In this document: positions 29,932 through 40,039 of the stretch, piece after piece
How positions within the stretch are numbered: the first letter of the stretch is position 1
Layout of the letters: every line of letters starts with the position of its first letter
DNA from: a virus
Taxonomy: Duplodnaviria > Caudoviricetes
Reading direction: 5' to 3' (one strand)
DNA length: 64,000 bases
IMG/VR virus record: IMGVR_UViG_3300009155_000035
Made by a program: the position numbers and the translations under genes
Notes under the pieces: model-generated
Database searches by the model: none
Told to the model about the DNA's origin: nothing
Seen by the model: the letters and a program-made list of their open reading frames with translations, nothing else

Positions 29932-31174
29932 GAATAACAATGTAATTGGTTTCGTTGGACTCGGTAAATTGGGTCTTGATTGCGCCGAAGTTTTCGCCGA
30001 GCACTACACTACAGTAGGCTATGATATTTACCCACGCATGAGCGACAGTGTCAGAGTTTTAGACACCATTGGTGATGTAACTCGCGAGTCCGATTGGATA
30101 TTCATCGCAGTACCAACACCGCACACAGAAGGCTATGACGGAAGTGTTCCAAGTAGTCACATGGAACCAAAAGATTTTGGGCATGAAGCAGTGGAATCAG
30201 TATTGATTGAAATCAACAAGCATGCCGACAAGCCCAAAAATATTGTTTTAATTTCTACAGTATTGCCAGGAACCACATCACGATACTTTGAAAAGCTCAT
30301 TGATAAACAACACAACTTTTTCTACAATCCTTATCTAATTGCCATGGGCAGTGTAAAGTGGGACATGGTCAACCCAGAAATGGTCATGATTGGTACACGT
30401 AACGACAACAAAGAGCTGGCACAACAACTCATTGACATTTACAAACCACTGATGAAAAACAATCCACGATATATCACAGGAACGTGGGAAGAGTGTGAAG
30501 CTATTAAAATTTTCTACAACACATTCATCAGCGCCAAAGTGGGCTTGGTTAACATGATCCAAGACTTTGCACTCAAAATTGGCAATATCAATGTTGACGT
30601 AGTTACTGACGCATTGGCACAGAGCAACATGCGTATCATGGGACCCAAATACATGACTGCTGGCATGGGAGATGCAGGTGCATGTCATCCACGAGACAAC
30701 ATTGCCTTGCGTTGGCTTGCACAAGAGTATGACATTGGTTATGACTTGTTTGACACCATCATGCATGCTCGCGAAATTCAAGCCAAAAATCTTGCTCTGT
30801 TCTTGGTTAACCAAGCCAAGGAACACAACTTGCCAATAGTGATACACGGTAAGGCATATAAACCAAATGTTCCTTATTGCATTGGTAGCTATAGTACCTT
30901 GGTTGGTTACTATGTGAAAGAAGCCGGGCAGGGTGTGGTATATGTTGACCCGCTAGCGGACGACCCAACTGAAGTTGTCAGCGACATTAACGGCCCAGCA
31001 GTTATTTTGATGGCACACAATCGTACCATCACCTTTGGCTACACCGGAGAACAAGCATCTGATCCTGATTATTTCCAATTCAAGGCCGGATCTGTCATTG
31101 TTGATCCATTCCGTCGAGAATCTGATCGAGTAGGGATGACTGTGATTCATTATGGCAACACACGAAATACGTAA
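29930..31174 (+). CDS. UDP-glucose/GDP-mannose dehydrogenase family protein
   Basis: GLGKLG, IAVPTP, STVLPGT, EAIKIFYN, GACHPRD, AYKPN. Confidence 0.9.
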   Translation: MNNNVIGFVGLGKLGLDCAEVFAEHYTTVGYDIYPRMSDSVRVLDTIGDVTRESDWIFIAVPTPHTEGYDGSVPSSHMEPKDFGHEAVESVLIEINKHADKPKNIVLISTVLPGTTSRYFEKLIDKQHNFFYNPYLIAMGSVKWDMVNPEMVMIGTRNDNKELAQQLIDIYKPLMKNNPRYITGTWEECEAIKIFYNTFISAKVGLVNMIQDFALKIGNINVDVVTDALAQSNMRIMGPKYMTAGMGDAGACHPRDNIALRWLAQEYDIGYDLFDTIMHAREIQAKNLALFLVNQAKEHNLPIVIHGKAYKPNVPYCIGSYSTLVGYYVKEAGQGVVYVDPLADDPTEVVSDINGPAVILMAHNRTITFGYTGEQASDPDYFQFKAGSVIVDPFRRESDRVGMTVIHYGNTRNT

Positions 31175-31670
31175 GTTAAAAATTAACAAGTTCTGGGATG
31201 ATGAATTTAAATCTCTTGACTATGTAAACGAAGAGTTCAATGATCTTGACAGTGTAAAAAATTGGATTGACATTGGGTATCCCAACAAGTTTACTGGGGA
31301 CATGTGTGACATGCGCAGTCCCCAACCAAGTTGGAATTCAACTTTTATCAAATACTTTGAAGAACTTGGCTGGAAAGACATTGGAACTAGTTACTATCGC
31401 ATGATGCCCGGTACTGTGTTGCCAACACACAGTGATTTGTATATCAAGTACATAGATTTGTTTAACTTACATGGCAAAGAAAGTACCATACACAGAGCCA
31501 TTGTATTTTTAGAAGATTGGAAACCGGGTCATTACTTTGAAGGATGCGGCAAACCAACAGTTGAATGGGCAGCCGGGGATGGTGTAGTGTGGGCATATGA
31601 TGCTCCTCATCTGGCCGCCAACATTGGTCTTGAACCTCGATATACATTGCAAATTACTGGACACATATGA
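31152..31670 (+). CDS. Cupin / 2OG-Fe(II) oxygenase-like protein
   Basis: LPTHSD (HxD), distal H in APHLAANIG, RYTLQIT. Confidence 0.65.
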   Translation: MATHEIRKLKINKFWDDEFKSLDYVNEEFNDLDSVKNWIDIGYPNKFTGDMCDMRSPQPSWNSTFIKYFEELGWKDIGTSYYRMMPGTVLPTHSDLYIKYIDLFNLHGKESTIHRAIVFLEDWKPGHYFEGCGKPTVEWAAGDGVVWAYDAPHLAANIGLEPRYTLQITGHI

Positions 31671-32584
31671 TTTCAAGCTATAACGAATGGGATCGTCTTA
31701 AACGAATAGTTGTTGGCTCGGCGACTGATGCAAACTGGCCTGTGTATGATCCCGTGTTTGCCAAAGAGGCTGAAAAAACTACTTGGAAAGAATCCCCAGT
31801 TCCGCGTGGGCCAGTATCACAATACATAATCGATGAAGCCAACGAAGATTTAGATAATCTGGCAAGCACTCTGACAAGCTTGGGAGTAGATGTTGTGCGG
31901 CCTGATCCACTTAACTTTCAATCGCATGATGGCATGTACAATTATTGTCCACGTGACAGACTGCTTGTACATGGATCAACTATAGTTGATCCTGCTATGA
32001 TGTATCCTTGTAGGGATATGGAATTGCAATGCTATCATGACATTGTGGACGAAGCAGAACACTATTACTTTATGCCTAGAAATGAAGGCTTTGTTTTAGA
32101 TGCAGCCAACGTGTGTCGGTTGGACGATAAGATGTTGTTCCTAGAATCAGCCAGTGGTAATCGCAAAGCCTACGAATGGTTGTGCGACGTGTTTCCAAAT
32201 GTTGAAATTGAAATATGCAATTTTTATGCAGGAGTACACATTGACTCAACCATTGTGCCCTTGCGCGAAGGGGTGGTCATGCTCAATGCCAGTCGTGTAA
32301 ATTTTGATACGGTGCCCCGAGTATTTGATGGATGGCACAAAATTTGGGTAAACGATGTAGTAGCACAAGAGTTTCACAAGTATCCATATGCGTCAAAATG
32401 GATAGCAATGAACATGTTGGTAGTTGATCCTCACACAATTATTTGTGATCAGCACCAAACTGAATTGATCAAAACACTTAAAAGTTATCGATTTGAAGTT
32501 ATACCAATGGAATTGCGTCATAGTCGTACCCTGGGCGGTGGATTTCATTGTGTTACACTAGATTTATGGAGAGAGCATGTTTGA
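31667..32584 (+). CDS. Amidinotransferase (pentein family)
   Basis: SYNEWD, YCPRD, LDAAN, HIDST, GGGFHCVTLD catalytic Cys. Confidence 0.88.
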   Translation: MISSYNEWDRLKRIVVGSATDANWPVYDPVFAKEAEKTTWKESPVPRGPVSQYIIDEANEDLDNLASTLTSLGVDVVRPDPLNFQSHDGMYNYCPRDRLLVHGSTIVDPAMMYPCRDMELQCYHDIVDEAEHYYFMPRNEGFVLDAANVCRLDDKMLFLESASGNRKAYEWLCDVFPNVEIEICNFYAGVHIDSTIVPLREGVVMLNASRVNFDTVPRVFDGWHKIWVNDVVAQEFHKYPYASKWIAMNMLVVDPHTIICDQHQTELIKTLKSYRFEVIPMELRHSRTLGGGFHCVTLDLWREHV

Positions 32585-33632
32585 TACAAATCAACTAGAA
32601 AAATTAATCGAAACTGAAATAAAAAAAGCAGTTGATCAAATAATAATTCGTACACTAGATAATTTGTCGGTGGATCCAAACTGGATTGCTAGACTTGAAA
32701 AAATTATAGCGCAAAGTTACAAACAAAAAGTTTCAGAGCATCTGAGCGGTATAGACATTGACTCACAAATTGTTGACTATATTGAAACTGGAGTAGATCG
32801 CTGGGCTCATAAATTTCGACAAAATTTTCAAACAAATGGCATCACTGATACCGCAACCAGTACACAACTTTCAGTTGAAGATGGGTTGGTTGTTGTTGAG
32901 AACCAACTGGCTGCCACTGGATTGCACGTTGGCAACGATGCCAGTATAAATGGCACATTGGATGTCAATAACCTTATTCTTCGTGGGACTGTAAACGTTG
33001 ATAATCATTCATGGAATGAATTATCAACTAAAGCAGCCAACAAAACATTGGCATTACTAACCGCGCAATGGAAAACAGAGTTAGCGCAAGCCACTCTAGA
33101 ACATGCAAAAACTTCGGGTATTAATTTTAAATCAGTTTTTATAGATGACAAGCCGCTGGTCAAAGATGACACTTTAAATGCAGGGATTAGAAAGACCAAC
33201 ATTGAGACTGTTGGTACTTTGAATAATTTGAGAACTAGCGGGACTACAAATTTAAGCAACACTCTCACTGTGGTTGATAACCGTATTGGCGTAAATACTG
33301 AACATCCCGAAATGGCGTTGAGTGTATGGGATGAGGAAGTGGCATTGGTGGCTGGTAAACTCAGCAAGGATCATGCATACATTGGTACCAGCAGACCACA
33401 AACGTTATCCATTGGTGTAAATCGTAACAAGAGTATTGACATCAACAGCGATGGGTTGGTTACTGTACAGCAATTTAGAATTGACCGTTGGCAAATTGGA
33501 CATACAAATCAAGCGCCGAGCTGGAGTGGTACTCGAGGTGATATCATGTTTAACAACGATCCCAAACCAGAACAGCCACCAGGCTGGGTGTGTTTGGGTG
33601 GATTTCGTTGGCAATCTTTATGGAATAAGTAA
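32577..33632 (+). CDS. Hypothetical protein, possibly virion-associated
   Basis: 351-aa ORF; beta-rich middle, IGVNTEHP. Confidence 0.5.
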   Translation: MFDTNQLEKLIETEIKKAVDQIIIRTLDNLSVDPNWIARLEKIIAQSYKQKVSEHLSGIDIDSQIVDYIETGVDRWAHKFRQNFQTNGITDTATSTQLSVEDGLVVVENQLAATGLHVGNDASINGTLDVNNLILRGTVNVDNHSWNELSTKAANKTLALLTAQWKTELAQATLEHAKTSGINFKSVFIDDKPLVKDDTLNAGIRKTNIETVGTLNNLRTSGTTNLSNTLTVVDNRIGVNTEHPEMALSVWDEEVALVAGKLSKDHAYIGTSRPQTLSIGVNRNKSIDINSDGLVTVQQFRIDRWQIGHTNQAPSWSGTRGDIMFNNDPKPEQPPGWVCLGGFRWQSLWNK

Positions 33633-34186
33633 TGAGAATTAATTGGGTTTTTTCAGCATCATATAACCCCGAACCCGGTGTTGACCTTGAAGCAATAAAA
33701 CAAACCGGACCAACTTGGGGTTCCTGGCGCAGTTGGAGAGCATGTAACACCGATAATGTTATTTGTCATAATAGACCTAAAACAATAGATCTAGTAGATC
33801 GTCAATTTCACAAATCGTGCAATTTCTACATACCTCGAAAACATTTTCAAGAGATAGGGCGCCCAGTTGGTGTAAAATTTTATGATGGTGAATTTTTAGA
33901 GTTAGTTGATGACCTAGAAGATATTGTTACCATGCACTTAGTAGCACCAAAATCAGACATCGTGTTATTAACTGGGTTTGATCTATCAACTCAAGCCACT
34001 CCACAAGATCGGTACGCACAACATCGACTCAAAAATCGTCTGGGTTTGATGCGTAGTGCATTTGTAAATAACCCAGAAATACAGTGGGTTTTAGTAGATC
34101 ACAACAAAGAAGTAGACAAGGCTTTTTCAGATTTGTCAAATTTAACTTGCGATGTAATGAAAAATGTGTTAAACTTATTGAAGTAA
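33632..34186 (+). CDS. Hypothetical protein
   Basis: 184-aa ORF coupled to the previous stop. Confidence 0.55.
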   Translation: MRINWVFSASYNPEPGVDLEAIKQTGPTWGSWRSWRACNTDNVICHNRPKTIDLVDRQFHKSCNFYIPRKHFQEIGRPVGVKFYDGEFLELVDDLEDIVTMHLVAPKSDIVLLTGFDLSTQATPQDRYAQHRLKNRLGLMRSAFVNNPEIQWVLVDHNKEVDKAFSDLSNLTCDVMKNVLNLLK

Positions 34187-34204
34187 TATACTTCAAGGAT
34201 TGAC

Positions 34205-35215
34205 ATGACTCGTATTGGCTTCTGTTGCAAATGGCTTAATGATCCTGCAGAATGCGGTGGCATGAAAGTCAATGCTGTAGACCGTGAGCTAAACGGCCGA
34301 TCAACCACAATGCGTTGGTTGCGTGAACATCCGGACGAAGCCGAACAGCGGCAATGGGACATCATGAATCACAACACTGCGGCAGCGATCAAAATGATCG
34401 AACGTGTGGCTACCTTGCCTGCGGGCCGCAGAATGGTTCGTTTGGGCAGTGAAATGCTACAGGGCTACACTGAACCCAGTTGGATTGACTGGTGGCAACA
34501 GCCGGACGTGCAACGACATTTAGAACGTATCTTTGCACCCATTGGCGAAACTGCTCGTAGGCTGGATGTTAGATTGAGTTTTCACCCAGGACAGTTCTGT
34601 GTTTTGGCCAGTGAGAATCCCGGCATCGTAAATAGAAGTATACAGGAGTTTGAATATCATGCAGATATGGTTCGCTGGATGGGATACGGCAAGACTTTCC
34701 AGGACTTTAAAATTAACGTCCACATCTCGGGTAAACAAGGTCCCGCCGGGATTCGCTCTGCCCTTCAGCGACTCAGCCCCGAAGCAAGAAACTGCATCAC
34801 CATCGAAAACGACGAAAACGCCTGGGGAATTGACTCAAGCCTTGAACTTGCCCGAGACTGTGCCCTCGTGCTTGATCTACACCATCACTGGATCCGTACA
34901 GGAGACTACATTCAAGCCTCCGACGATCGAGTTAAAGGCATAATTGATAGCTGGCGCGGAATAAGACCTGCCTTGCACTACAGTGTCAGTCGGGAAGACT
35001 ATCTGGTCGGACATGCCCCAGATACATTGCCGGACATGTCTGTATTGTTGGCTCAGGGCTGTAAAAAGCAAAAACTGCGAGCACACAGCGACTTCTATTG
35101 GAATTCGGCAGTGACTGATTGGGCATTGACCTTTGCTGATCAATTTGACATCCAATGCGAAGCAAAAGGCAAGAATCTAGCCAGCGAACAGGTGTATGAA
35201 CGATATATTTCTTAA
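34205..35215 (+). CDS. uvsE: UV damage endonuclease UvdE/UvsE
   Basis: RIGFCCK, RLSFHPGQF, INVH, ITIENDE, DLHHH, HYS, AHSD, CEAKGK. Confidence 0.92.
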   Translation: MTRIGFCCKWLNDPAECGGMKVNAVDRELNGRSTTMRWLREHPDEAEQRQWDIMNHNTAAAIKMIERVATLPAGRRMVRLGSEMLQGYTEPSWIDWWQQPDVQRHLERIFAPIGETARRLDVRLSFHPGQFCVLASENPGIVNRSIQEFEYHADMVRWMGYGKTFQDFKINVHISGKQGPAGIRSALQRLSPEARNCITIENDENAWGIDSSLELARDCALVLDLHHHWIRTGDYIQASDDRVKGIIDSWRGIRPALHYSVSREDYLVGHAPDTLPDMSVLLAQGCKKQKLRAHSDFYWNSAVTDWALTFADQFDIQCEAKGKNLASEQVYERYIS

Positions 35216-35483
35216 CACATTTGCATGGATCCAAGATGACTTTAAATCTAACCGAGTTCGCTTTGTTGTTGAGCTTGTTGCTTGGGCTGTTAGTATTGGT
35301 TGCAGTATTACTATGGCACTCACAGTCCCTAATCCTCCGCTTCTCGCTCTCTATCCTATTTGGATCTCTGGCTGTGCTATGTATGCTTGGGCTAGTTGGA
35401 CTAGGAAATCTTTTGGTATGTTGGCTAACTATTGTTTGCTGACCACCATCGACAGTGTTGGATTAATTCGTATGCTCACCTAA
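35196..35483 (+). CDS. Small membrane protein
   Basis: Three hydrophobic segments. Confidence 0.6.
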   Translation: MNDIFLNTFAWIQDDFKSNRVRFVVELVAWAVSIGCSITMALTVPNPPLLALYPIWISGCAMYAWASWTRKSFGMLANYCLLTTIDSVGLIRMLT

Positions 35484-35514
35484 GCACTGCTATAATTGAC
35501 TATAAATAGGAACG

Positions 35515-36156
35515 ATGAAAACCATTGCTTTATTTGTACACCAACCAAAATGCTCAATTCAAAGTGGTAACGGGATAATACAAGCACTGACTCCATATTA
35601 CCGTTTTAAAATTTTTACCCGCTACGAAGTTGAGCGGGATTTTTTTGATGATGTAGATTGTGTTTGTATTCCAGGTGGTATTGGCGATGCAAGTAGCTTT
35701 GAATACTTGCTGAGAGACAACGGCTCGCGTATTCAAGACTTTGTCGGCCAAGGTGGTGCATACCTGGGAATCTGCATGGGTGCTTATTGGGCTGGTAGTA
35801 ATTATCTTGACATTCTTCAAGATGTTGATGCCGAACAGTACATGACAAGACCCGGAACCGACACACATAGACCACATGCTAAAAACGTCAGTATAACCTG
35901 GAATAATCAAGCCATGAAAATGTTTTGGTATGATGGTTGTGCTCTTGTAGGCAACGAGTCAAAATTTACAACAATAGCTCGATATGTTGGAAACAACGAT
36001 CCCATGGCCATTGTGCAAAATCGTGTGGGATTAATTGGTTGCCATCCCGAAAGCACTGCACATTGGTATTCTTCGTATAGTTGGATGCATGGTCAGTATC
36101 ATCACGGCAAACATCATCAACTGTTGTTGAAGTTTGTCGACGAACTTTTATTGTAA
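35515..36156 (+). CDS. Class I glutamine amidotransferase-like (BPL_N-like) protein
   Basis: IPGG, YLGICMGAY nucleophile elbow, GCHPE; TATAAATA at 35501-35508. Confidence 0.75.
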   Translation: MKTIALFVHQPKCSIQSGNGIIQALTPYYRFKIFTRYEVERDFFDDVDCVCIPGGIGDASSFEYLLRDNGSRIQDFVGQGGAYLGICMGAYWAGSNYLDILQDVDAEQYMTRPGTDTHRPHAKNVSITWNNQAMKMFWYDGCALVGNESKFTTIARYVGNNDPMAIVQNRVGLIGCHPESTAHWYSSYSWMHGQYHHGKHHQLLLKFVDELLL

Positions 36157-36189
36157 CATAATTTTAACTGTTTTTGTCTTAAATACTAG

Positions 36190-36984
36190 ATGAAGACATA
36201 CCGCAGTATCTTTGTCAGTGATGTACATCTTGGCACCAAAGATAGTCAGGCAAGCCGTCTTAACAATTTTCTCAAACACAACACTTGTGATACCCTATAC
36301 CTAATAGGAGATATCATTGACGCCTGGCGTATACAACAAAACAAGTGGCGTTGGAAGCAGAGTCACACCAATTTGGTTCGCCGTGTTCTGGGACATGCCA
36401 AGCGCGGCACCAGGGTCGTGTATGTTGCTGGTAATCATGATGAATTTTTAAGACCCATGATTCCTTATGGGTTCAGTTTTGGACTTATTGAAATAACAAA
36501 TCAAACAACTCATATAGGTGCCGATGGCCGACGTTACTTAGTCACGCACGGTGACTTGTTTGATGGCATTACCAGATTGGCACCTTGGATAGCATTTTTA
36601 GGAGACAAAGCATATGATATCATTCTTTCGCTTAATAGCAAATTCAATTGGATACGTCATCGTCTTGGTTTTGGGTACTTTAGTCTTAGTCAGTACCTTA
36701 AAAGGCGAGTAAAAAAGGCTGTTGATTTTATCTTTCACTTTGAAAGGAATCTAGCAGGCTATTGTAAGAAGCGTGGATTCGATGGTGTAATATGCGGACA
36801 TATACATCATGCTGAAATAAAAACAATAGACGGTGTCGCATATATGAACGACGGAGACTGGGTTGAATCATGCACGGCACTTGTAGAACACTGGGATGGT
36901 CGATGGGAAATCGTAACTTGGACCAAGGAGAGTGATGATGTGGGTACTGATAATACTGGCAGTTCATATAAACAATTCAGATGA
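36190..36984 (+). CDS. UDP-2,3-diacylglucosamine hydrolase-like metallophosphoesterase
   Basis: SDVHLG, GDIID, GNHD, HGD, CGHIH, NDGDWVESCT. Confidence 0.88.
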   Translation: MKTYRSIFVSDVHLGTKDSQASRLNNFLKHNTCDTLYLIGDIIDAWRIQQNKWRWKQSHTNLVRRVLGHAKRGTRVVYVAGNHDEFLRPMIPYGFSFGLIEITNQTTHIGADGRRYLVTHGDLFDGITRLAPWIAFLGDKAYDIILSLNSKFNWIRHRLGFGYFSLSQYLKRRVKKAVDFIFHFERNLAGYCKKRGFDGVICGHIHHAEIKTIDGVAYMNDGDWVESCTALVEHWDGRWEIVTWTKESDDVGTDNTGSSYKQFR

Positions 36985-37111
36985 CGTGCCAGGGCGGGTG
37001 GAGCTGACATTCCAGGATCAGCAAACTTGCCAACAGGTTTTAAGTACAATCAAGTACAAATTGAAGTTTAATAATTTCAAGGTGGTGGCAGAATGCAAGA
37101 AACAAAACTAA
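36938..37111 (+). CDS. Small hypothetical protein (57 aa, not in ORF track)
   Basis: MWVLIILAVHINN...TC...EC; AAGGAG SD; bridges the two flanking genes. Confidence 0.55.
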   Translation: MWVLIILAVHINNSDDVPGRVELTFQDQQTCQQVLSTIKYKLKFNNFKVVAECKKQN

Positions 37112-37812
37112 GTGAAAAAATTACCATCGTAGTGCCATGCAAGAATGAGGAAAACTATATTCATTACTTGTTAGAATCACTAAGACAACAAAATATTGGC
37201 AATACCAAGGTGATCATTGCCGACTGCTCTACTGACAATACTAGACAAGTCATACATGACAACAGTGCAGGATTAAATGTCGAAGTCATTGAAGGCGGCC
37301 CGGTTTCTATTGCCAAGAATCGCGGTGCCCGATTAGTCACCACACCCTATATCTTGTTCATCGACGCCGATGTACGTTTTTTTAAGAATACTGTGATACA
37401 AGATGCTGTAAGTGAGATTGAATCAAAGAATTTAGATCTTGTTGGATTGAATATTAAATGCTATGACCGAGACTCAAGAGCCGCGCTTGGATTTATGCTT
37501 TTTAATACTATAAATCACACACTGAAATTCTTCTCTCCATTTGCTGTAGGTGCATTCATGTTAACTCGTAGAGATCGCTTTGAAGAATTTGGTGGATTTC
37601 CTGAGAAGTTCTCAACATCCGAGGACTACTTCTTGTCAAGAAAGTACAGCCCTAAAAAGTTTAAGATTGTCCGACATCACTTTGGACAAGATAGTCGTAG
37701 ATTCAAGAAGATGGGTTACCTTGGTATGGGCAAGTATCTAATAAAGAATTTTATCAATCGCAACAATCGAGCATATTGGGACAAGCTAGATTCAACAAAA
37801 TATTGGAATTAA
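37093..37812 (+). CDS. Glycosyltransferase family 2
   Basis: IVVPCKNE, IADCSTD, ARL..FIDAD, SED. Confidence 0.9.
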   Translation: MQETKLSEKITIVVPCKNEENYIHYLLESLRQQNIGNTKVIIADCSTDNTRQVIHDNSAGLNVEVIEGGPVSIAKNRGARLVTTPYILFIDADVRFFKNTVIQDAVSEIESKNLDLVGLNIKCYDRDSRAALGFMLFNTINHTLKFFSPFAVGAFMLTRRDRFEEFGGFPEKFSTSEDYFLSRKYSPKKFKIVRHHFGQDSRRFKKMGYLGMGKYLIKNFINRNNRAYWDKLDSTKYWN

Positions 37813-37856
37813 AATTCGGACACAGGATAGCATGTCGCTGGATTTGCGTAACCAGT

Positions 37857-37882
37857 AAAGTGCCCCTTGCGGGGCATTTTTT
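37857..37882. terminator. Bidirectional terminator
   Basis: AAAGTGCCCC-ttgc-GGGGCATTTTTT between convergent genes. Confidence 0.8.
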
Positions 37883-38195
37883 ATTTTTCATTAGTCTTTT
37901 TAGTAGCCCGAGGCTTAGACGATGTCTTTTTAGCAACAGGTGTCTTTTTAGCAACAGGTTTTTTTTCTGCTGTGATGGCAGGCTTTTCTTCTACCACTGG
38001 CTTTTCTTCTACCACTGGCTTTTCTTCTACCACTGGCTTTTCTTCTACCACTGGCGTTACTGCCGGCGTAGTTTCAACTACCAACGGTGCTAGTGTTGTG
38101 GGCACAGGCGCTTCAACCTTGTAAGGCGCTGGTTCCTGCGTTGCTTCTGTTTGCACTGGCTTGCCAAACAAGAATTCTTTGATTTTCGTAAACAT
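37881..38195 (-). CDS. Low-complexity Pro/Lys/Glu-rich protein
   Basis: PVVEEK x4, PVAKKT x2; AGGAG SD; TAAATA 38213-38218. Confidence 0.7.
   Translation of the reverse strand: MFTKIKEFLFGKPVQTEATQEPAPYKVEAPVPTTLAPLVVETTPAVTPVVEEKPVVEEKPVVEEKPVVEEKPAITAEKKPVAKKTPVAKKTSSKPRATKKTNEK
37981..38055. repeat. 18-bp coding tandem repeat x4
   Basis: GGCTTTTCTTCTACCACT repeated 4 times; a second 18-mer TGTCTTTTTAGCAACAGG x2 at 37923-37958. Confidence 0.95.
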
Positions 38196-38204
38196 AATGT
38201 TCTC

Positions 38205-39239
38205 CTATAAAGTATTTACACAAGATGCAATATCTTTGCACATTTCAACCTGCCAATTAAAATTCATGACATGATTGAAATTGTGCTCAACGACCGGGGC
38301 AATTTTTTGCTGTATCACAGCAGGATCTTGTGTGTGCAAATATGCAACCTGGTCCAGCATCATGTTCATTCGTTTTCCTGCATCGGGCTCTAAATCATAT
38401 GATTCGTCAACAACATCATTGAATGTTTTAAAACCCAGCAGTTTTAGATTTTGCAAATAGCGTTGGCCACCTTCAACTAAAAACAGCCTACGAGCCAACA
38501 TGGGTTTGATTATTTTTTCTGTAAAAAAGCTCCAGTTATTGTTGTTTGTAGTTTCCGCCACAATTGAATAGTGGGTTTGATTATATATGTCTACTGGTAT
38601 AATTTGACTCAAACTAACTATCACACCGTTTACTGTTACTTCTTGTACAGTAAAGTTTATTTCGGTGTTGGGACGATCAATTATTTCAACAGGCCAAGAA
38701 AATTCTTCATCATGGTATTTTGTTAAGTCTAAGTCTTGTGCTGTGGGGAAATATTTTACTATGTTATAGTCATGACTGATATTGTTAAAAATATAATCTC
38801 GATAGGGTTTTTTTCTTCCCAATAGCACGTCAAAACACCGCGACTTTTTAGAATCACTTAACCGAGACAGAATTTCTGGAAATTGCTTGTAAAAGTGTAC
38901 AGTGCTCCAAAACCAATACGAACAGAACTTGGCCCTGGCGTTTTGCAATGAATAATTTAGTTTGCCCCCAAGAAAGAATACCACGTTGTTAAAATCAAAC
39001 TTTTTGCAAATTTCATCGTCAAATAGTTCAAACATCATGATGATTACCAATTTGGATTCGCGTACTGCCGCTGACACAAGCTCATCTGCGGCTTTGTCAA
39101 ATACCATGAGTTCAATGATGCTGATTTTGTTTGATTGTTGCAACCAAGAGTCCCAGTCTGTGTGAGTGGTATAGTTAGCTAACCCTGATTCTTTGAGCCA
39201 CCATTGGCCTTGGTCACCGTGGAGGTAAATGTTATGCAT
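38205..39239 (-). CDS. Putative glycosyltransferase-like protein (paralog 2)
   Basis: SIVAET...FFTEKIIKPM...GFKTF..VDESYD; start reassigned 5 nt after minus-strand TAAATA. Confidence 0.5.
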   Translation of the reverse strand: MHNIYLHGDQGQWWLKESGLANYTTHTDWDSWLQQSNKISIIELMVFDKAADELVSAAVRESKLVIIMMFELFDDEICKKFDFNNVVFFLGGKLNYSLQNARAKFCSYWFWSTVHFYKQFPEILSRLSDSKKSRCFDVLLGRKKPYRDYIFNNISHDYNIVKYFPTAQDLDLTKYHDEEFSWPVEIIDRPNTEINFTVQEVTVNGVIVSLSQIIPVDIYNQTHYSIVAETTNNNNWSFFTEKIIKPMLARRLFLVEGGQRYLQNLKLLGFKTFNDVVDESYDLEPDAGKRMNMMLDQVAYLHTQDPAVIQQKIAPVVEHNFNHVMNFNWQVEMCKDIASCVNTL

Positions 39240-39263
39240 AATGATATTTACTAAATATAACAT

Positions 39264-39965
39264 ATGAGTGAAATTGTTTACACACTTGTAGTGACACATA
39301 TTACTATACTGTGTGTGACACTATTCTTGCACCGTGGTCAAGCACATAGAGCAGTGACCTTCCACCCGGCAATAGAGCATTTTATGCGTTTCTGGTTATG
39401 GATGACAACCGGACAAATTACCAAGCAGTGGGTCGCTGTGCATCGCAAGCATCATAGATTCACTGAACAACCGGGCGACCCGCACAGCCCGCACGTATTT
39501 GGATTTTGGAGAGTGCTGTTCAAGGGTGCTTTCTTGTATCATTCGGCAACCAAAGATTCTAAAATGGTCGCACAGTACGGGTCGGGTACTCCGGATGATT
39601 GGATGGAACGTAATGTCTACACTCCACATAGTCGACTGGGAATTATTCTGTTATTGTTGATAAATTTACTTTGTTTTTCCTGGTGGGGGTTATTGATATG
39701 GGGTATGCAAATGATTTGGATACCATTCTGGGCCGCTGGTGTTGTCAACGGTGTTGGTCATTGGTTGGGTTATAGAAACGGCGAAACCCGAGATCACAGT
39801 ACTAACTTCAGTCCTTGGGGTATTATTATAGGTGGTGAGGAATTACACAACAATCATCACTTGGATCCTGCCAGTGCTAAATTAAGCCGCAAGTGGTGGG
39901 AATTTGATATTGGGTGGACATGGATTTGTCTACTAGAACGATTTGAACTAGCCACAGTTCGGTAA
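39264..39965 (+). CDS. Membrane fatty-acid (acyl-lipid/CoA) desaturase
   Basis: His boxes HRGQAH, HRKHH, HNNHH; GDPHSP. Confidence 0.92.
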   Translation: MSEIVYTLVVTHITILCVTLFLHRGQAHRAVTFHPAIEHFMRFWLWMTTGQITKQWVAVHRKHHRFTEQPGDPHSPHVFGFWRVLFKGAFLYHSATKDSKMVAQYGSGTPDDWMERNVYTPHSRLGIILLLLINLLCFSWWGLLIWGMQMIWIPFWAAGVVNGVGHWLGYRNGETRDHSTNFSPWGIIIGGEELHNNHHLDPASAKLSRKWWEFDIGWTWICLLERFELATVR

Positions 39966-40004
39966 AAATTAGTGCCCGTTTACTAATAAAAATTGTGATT
40001 TATA

Positions 40005-40023
40005 TTGCAATGCAACATAAATA
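40005..40023 (+). promoter_or_regulatory. TTGC-N3-GCAA box fused to TAAATA late promoter (copy 1)
   Basis: TTGCAATGCAACATAAATA, identical to the reverse complement of 47544-47562. Confidence 0.7.
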
Positions 40024-40039
40024 AGTGTACAATAGAAAT

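Noticed and set aside
31667-32584. Archaeosine/7-deazaguanine DNA modification
   Set aside because: Pentein fold rather than QueF-L/ArcS/Gat-QueC, and no folE/queD/queE/dpdA in the window
37923-38055. Tandem 18-bp repeats as a CRISPR-like array
   Set aside because: No spacers; repeats are in-frame and encode PVVEEK/PVAKKT
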